DNA of 64,000 nucleotides from an uncultured Terriglobales bacterium (GTDB lineage Bacteria; Acidobacteriota; Terriglobia; Terriglobales; Acidobacteriaceae): NCBI GenBank assembly GCA_964559835.1, contig CAZLJE010000013.1, positions 54,209 to 118,208 of the forward strand, read 5' to 3'. Shown piece by piece: positions 63,113 to 64,000 of this stretch (position 1 is its first letter; each line of letters starts with the position of its first letter). The notes under the pieces were generated by a model. It saw only the letters and a program-made list of their open reading frames with translations, ran no database searches and was not told where the DNA came from. The position numbers and the translations under genes were made by a program.

Positions 63113-63201
63113 AATCTAGCGCAGTCTCCCCGTCTGCAACGCTGCAGCATGATGGTGCCTTGCAGGCGAAACGCCTGCGTTACATGCATTTGAATGGTTT
63201 T

Positions 63202-63236
63202 CAACTAGCAACTGACAACTAACAACTTGTAACTGC
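63202..63236. repeat. Tandem heptad repeat CAACTNN x5
   Basis: caactag caactga caactaa caacttg taactgc. Confidence 0.7.
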
Positions 63237-63239
63237 TTT

Positions 63240-63962
63240 TCACGCGCTTCCAATAAACACGCCTGTCAGGAACACCAGGATTCCTCCCGCCATTACCTGC
63301 AACGTTGCCGAGATTGGCGGCGTATCCATGTAGCGGTAGCGGATATAGGAGATCAGCGCCAATTCCACGATGACGACTGCTACTGCCACCGCCATCGCCG
63401 TCGCGAACGTCGAGATCAGGAACGGCAGTGTGTGCCCGATCCCTCCCATGGTCGTCATCAATCCGCAGACGATGCCGCGCAACCAGGGGTGACCTCGCCC
63501 TGTCAGCGATCCATCGTCGGACAACGCCTCGGCGAAGCCCATGCTGATTCCCGCCCCGACCGACGCCGCCAGTCCGACCGCGAACGCATCGTGCGTTGAC
63601 TTGGTGGCGTATGCGGCCGCGAACACCGGCGCCAGCGTCGATACGGATCCGTCCATCAATCCGGCCAGTCCCGGTTGGACGATCTGGAGCACGAACAGGC
63701 GGCGGTTCGCTTCGTCTTCCAGTTGGCGCGCGCCCTTCTCCACCTGCTCGCGCTCGAGTCCCTCGGCGGTTTCGGCGTGTCCGCGCTCTTCGCCTGCCAG
63801 ATTGTCGAGAAGCTGCCGGATGCTCGCATCCTGCGTTCGCGCCGCCGCCTTTTCGTAGAAGCGGCGCGTCTCCACTTCCATGCTCTCGGCCTGCTTGCGT
63901 ACCGTATCCAGTCCCAACGGGCGCACCAGCCATACCGGTCTTCGCTTTACGAAGCCCTTCAC
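63240..63962 (-). CDS. VIT1/CCC1-family iron/manganese transporter with N-terminal ferritin-like domain (may start beyond the window)
   Basis: ESMEVETRRFYEKAA..LAGEERGHAE (rubrerythrin-like), then the VIT membrane part (GLAASVGAGISMGFAEALSDD). Frame stays open upstream of 63962 to the window edge. Confidence 0.75.
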   Translation of the reverse strand: MKGFVKRRPVWLVRPLGLDTVRKQAESMEVETRRFYEKAAARTQDASIRQLLDNLAGEERGHAETAEGLEREQVEKGARQLEDEANRRLFVLQIVQPGLAGLMDGSVSTLAPVFAAAYATKSTHDAFAVGLAASVGAGISMGFAEALSDDGSLTGRGHPWLRGIVCGLMTTMGGIGHTLPFLISTFATAMAVAVAVVIVELALISYIRYRYMDTPPISATLQVMAGGILVFLTGVFIGSA

Positions 63963-64000
63963 GTCATCGCGACGGATGTGGGGAATGTGCTCGCCGAACT

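Noticed and set aside
1-64000. CRISPR arrays, rRNA genes, intact IS elements, integrases, prophage blocks.
   Set aside because: No regularly spaced direct repeats of 25-40 nt, no rRNA-like sequence, and no transposase or integrase motifs were seen. Only the decayed wHTH region at 22.0-23.9 kb hints at past mobile DNA.

Overview
High-GC chromosomal segment. Gene content suggests Acidobacteriota/Terriglobia (inference only): CarboxypepD_reg-type TonB-dependent receptors ending in an aromatic residue, a VWFA-related 'acidobacterial' domain protein, DUF4136, and several sigma-54 activators. I can support about 55 protein genes, one tRNA-His and a few terminators. There is no rRNA, no CRISPR array and no intact transposase or integrase. 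Modules, left to right: (1) an envelope/D-amino-acid set (D-aminoacylase-M23 fusion, CPBP protease, two DUF218 genes). (2) A cluster of degenerate signalling genes: GGDEF with GHQEF, a LuxR regulator with a pseudo-receiver, a stand-alone LuxR HTH, and two paralogous sigma-54 activators arranged as an inverted duplication. (3) Glycogen catabolism (glgX, glgP, GDE-type debrancher). (4) A scar of gene fragments around one foreign-looking wHTH gene. (5) A SusD-less beta-glucan utilisation locus (GH2, GH3, MFS, LacI with a perfect 18-bp operator, GH16, TonB-dependent receptor). (6) A tightly packed minus-strand string: peptide ABC importer, ECF sigma, TPR-CHAT protease, soluble anti-sigma-like protein, secreted S8 protease, HD-GYP. 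(7) A DedA-rhodanese gene interrupted by an in-frame TGA at a Cys position, followed by a SECIS-like hairpin. (8) A sigma-54 activator with a C-terminal PilZ domain. (9) Housekeeping and envelope genes. The strongest candidate for an undescribed system is the ECF-sigma/TPR-CHAT/anti-sigma-like/S8/HD-GYP string. It resembles a CRISPR-free version of the Craspase-RpoE circuit. Also notable are the candidate selenocysteine codon, a family of intergenic inverted heptad-repeat hairpins, and an unannotated small secreted Cys-peptide gene. All functional calls come from motif recognition by eye; no database search was run.
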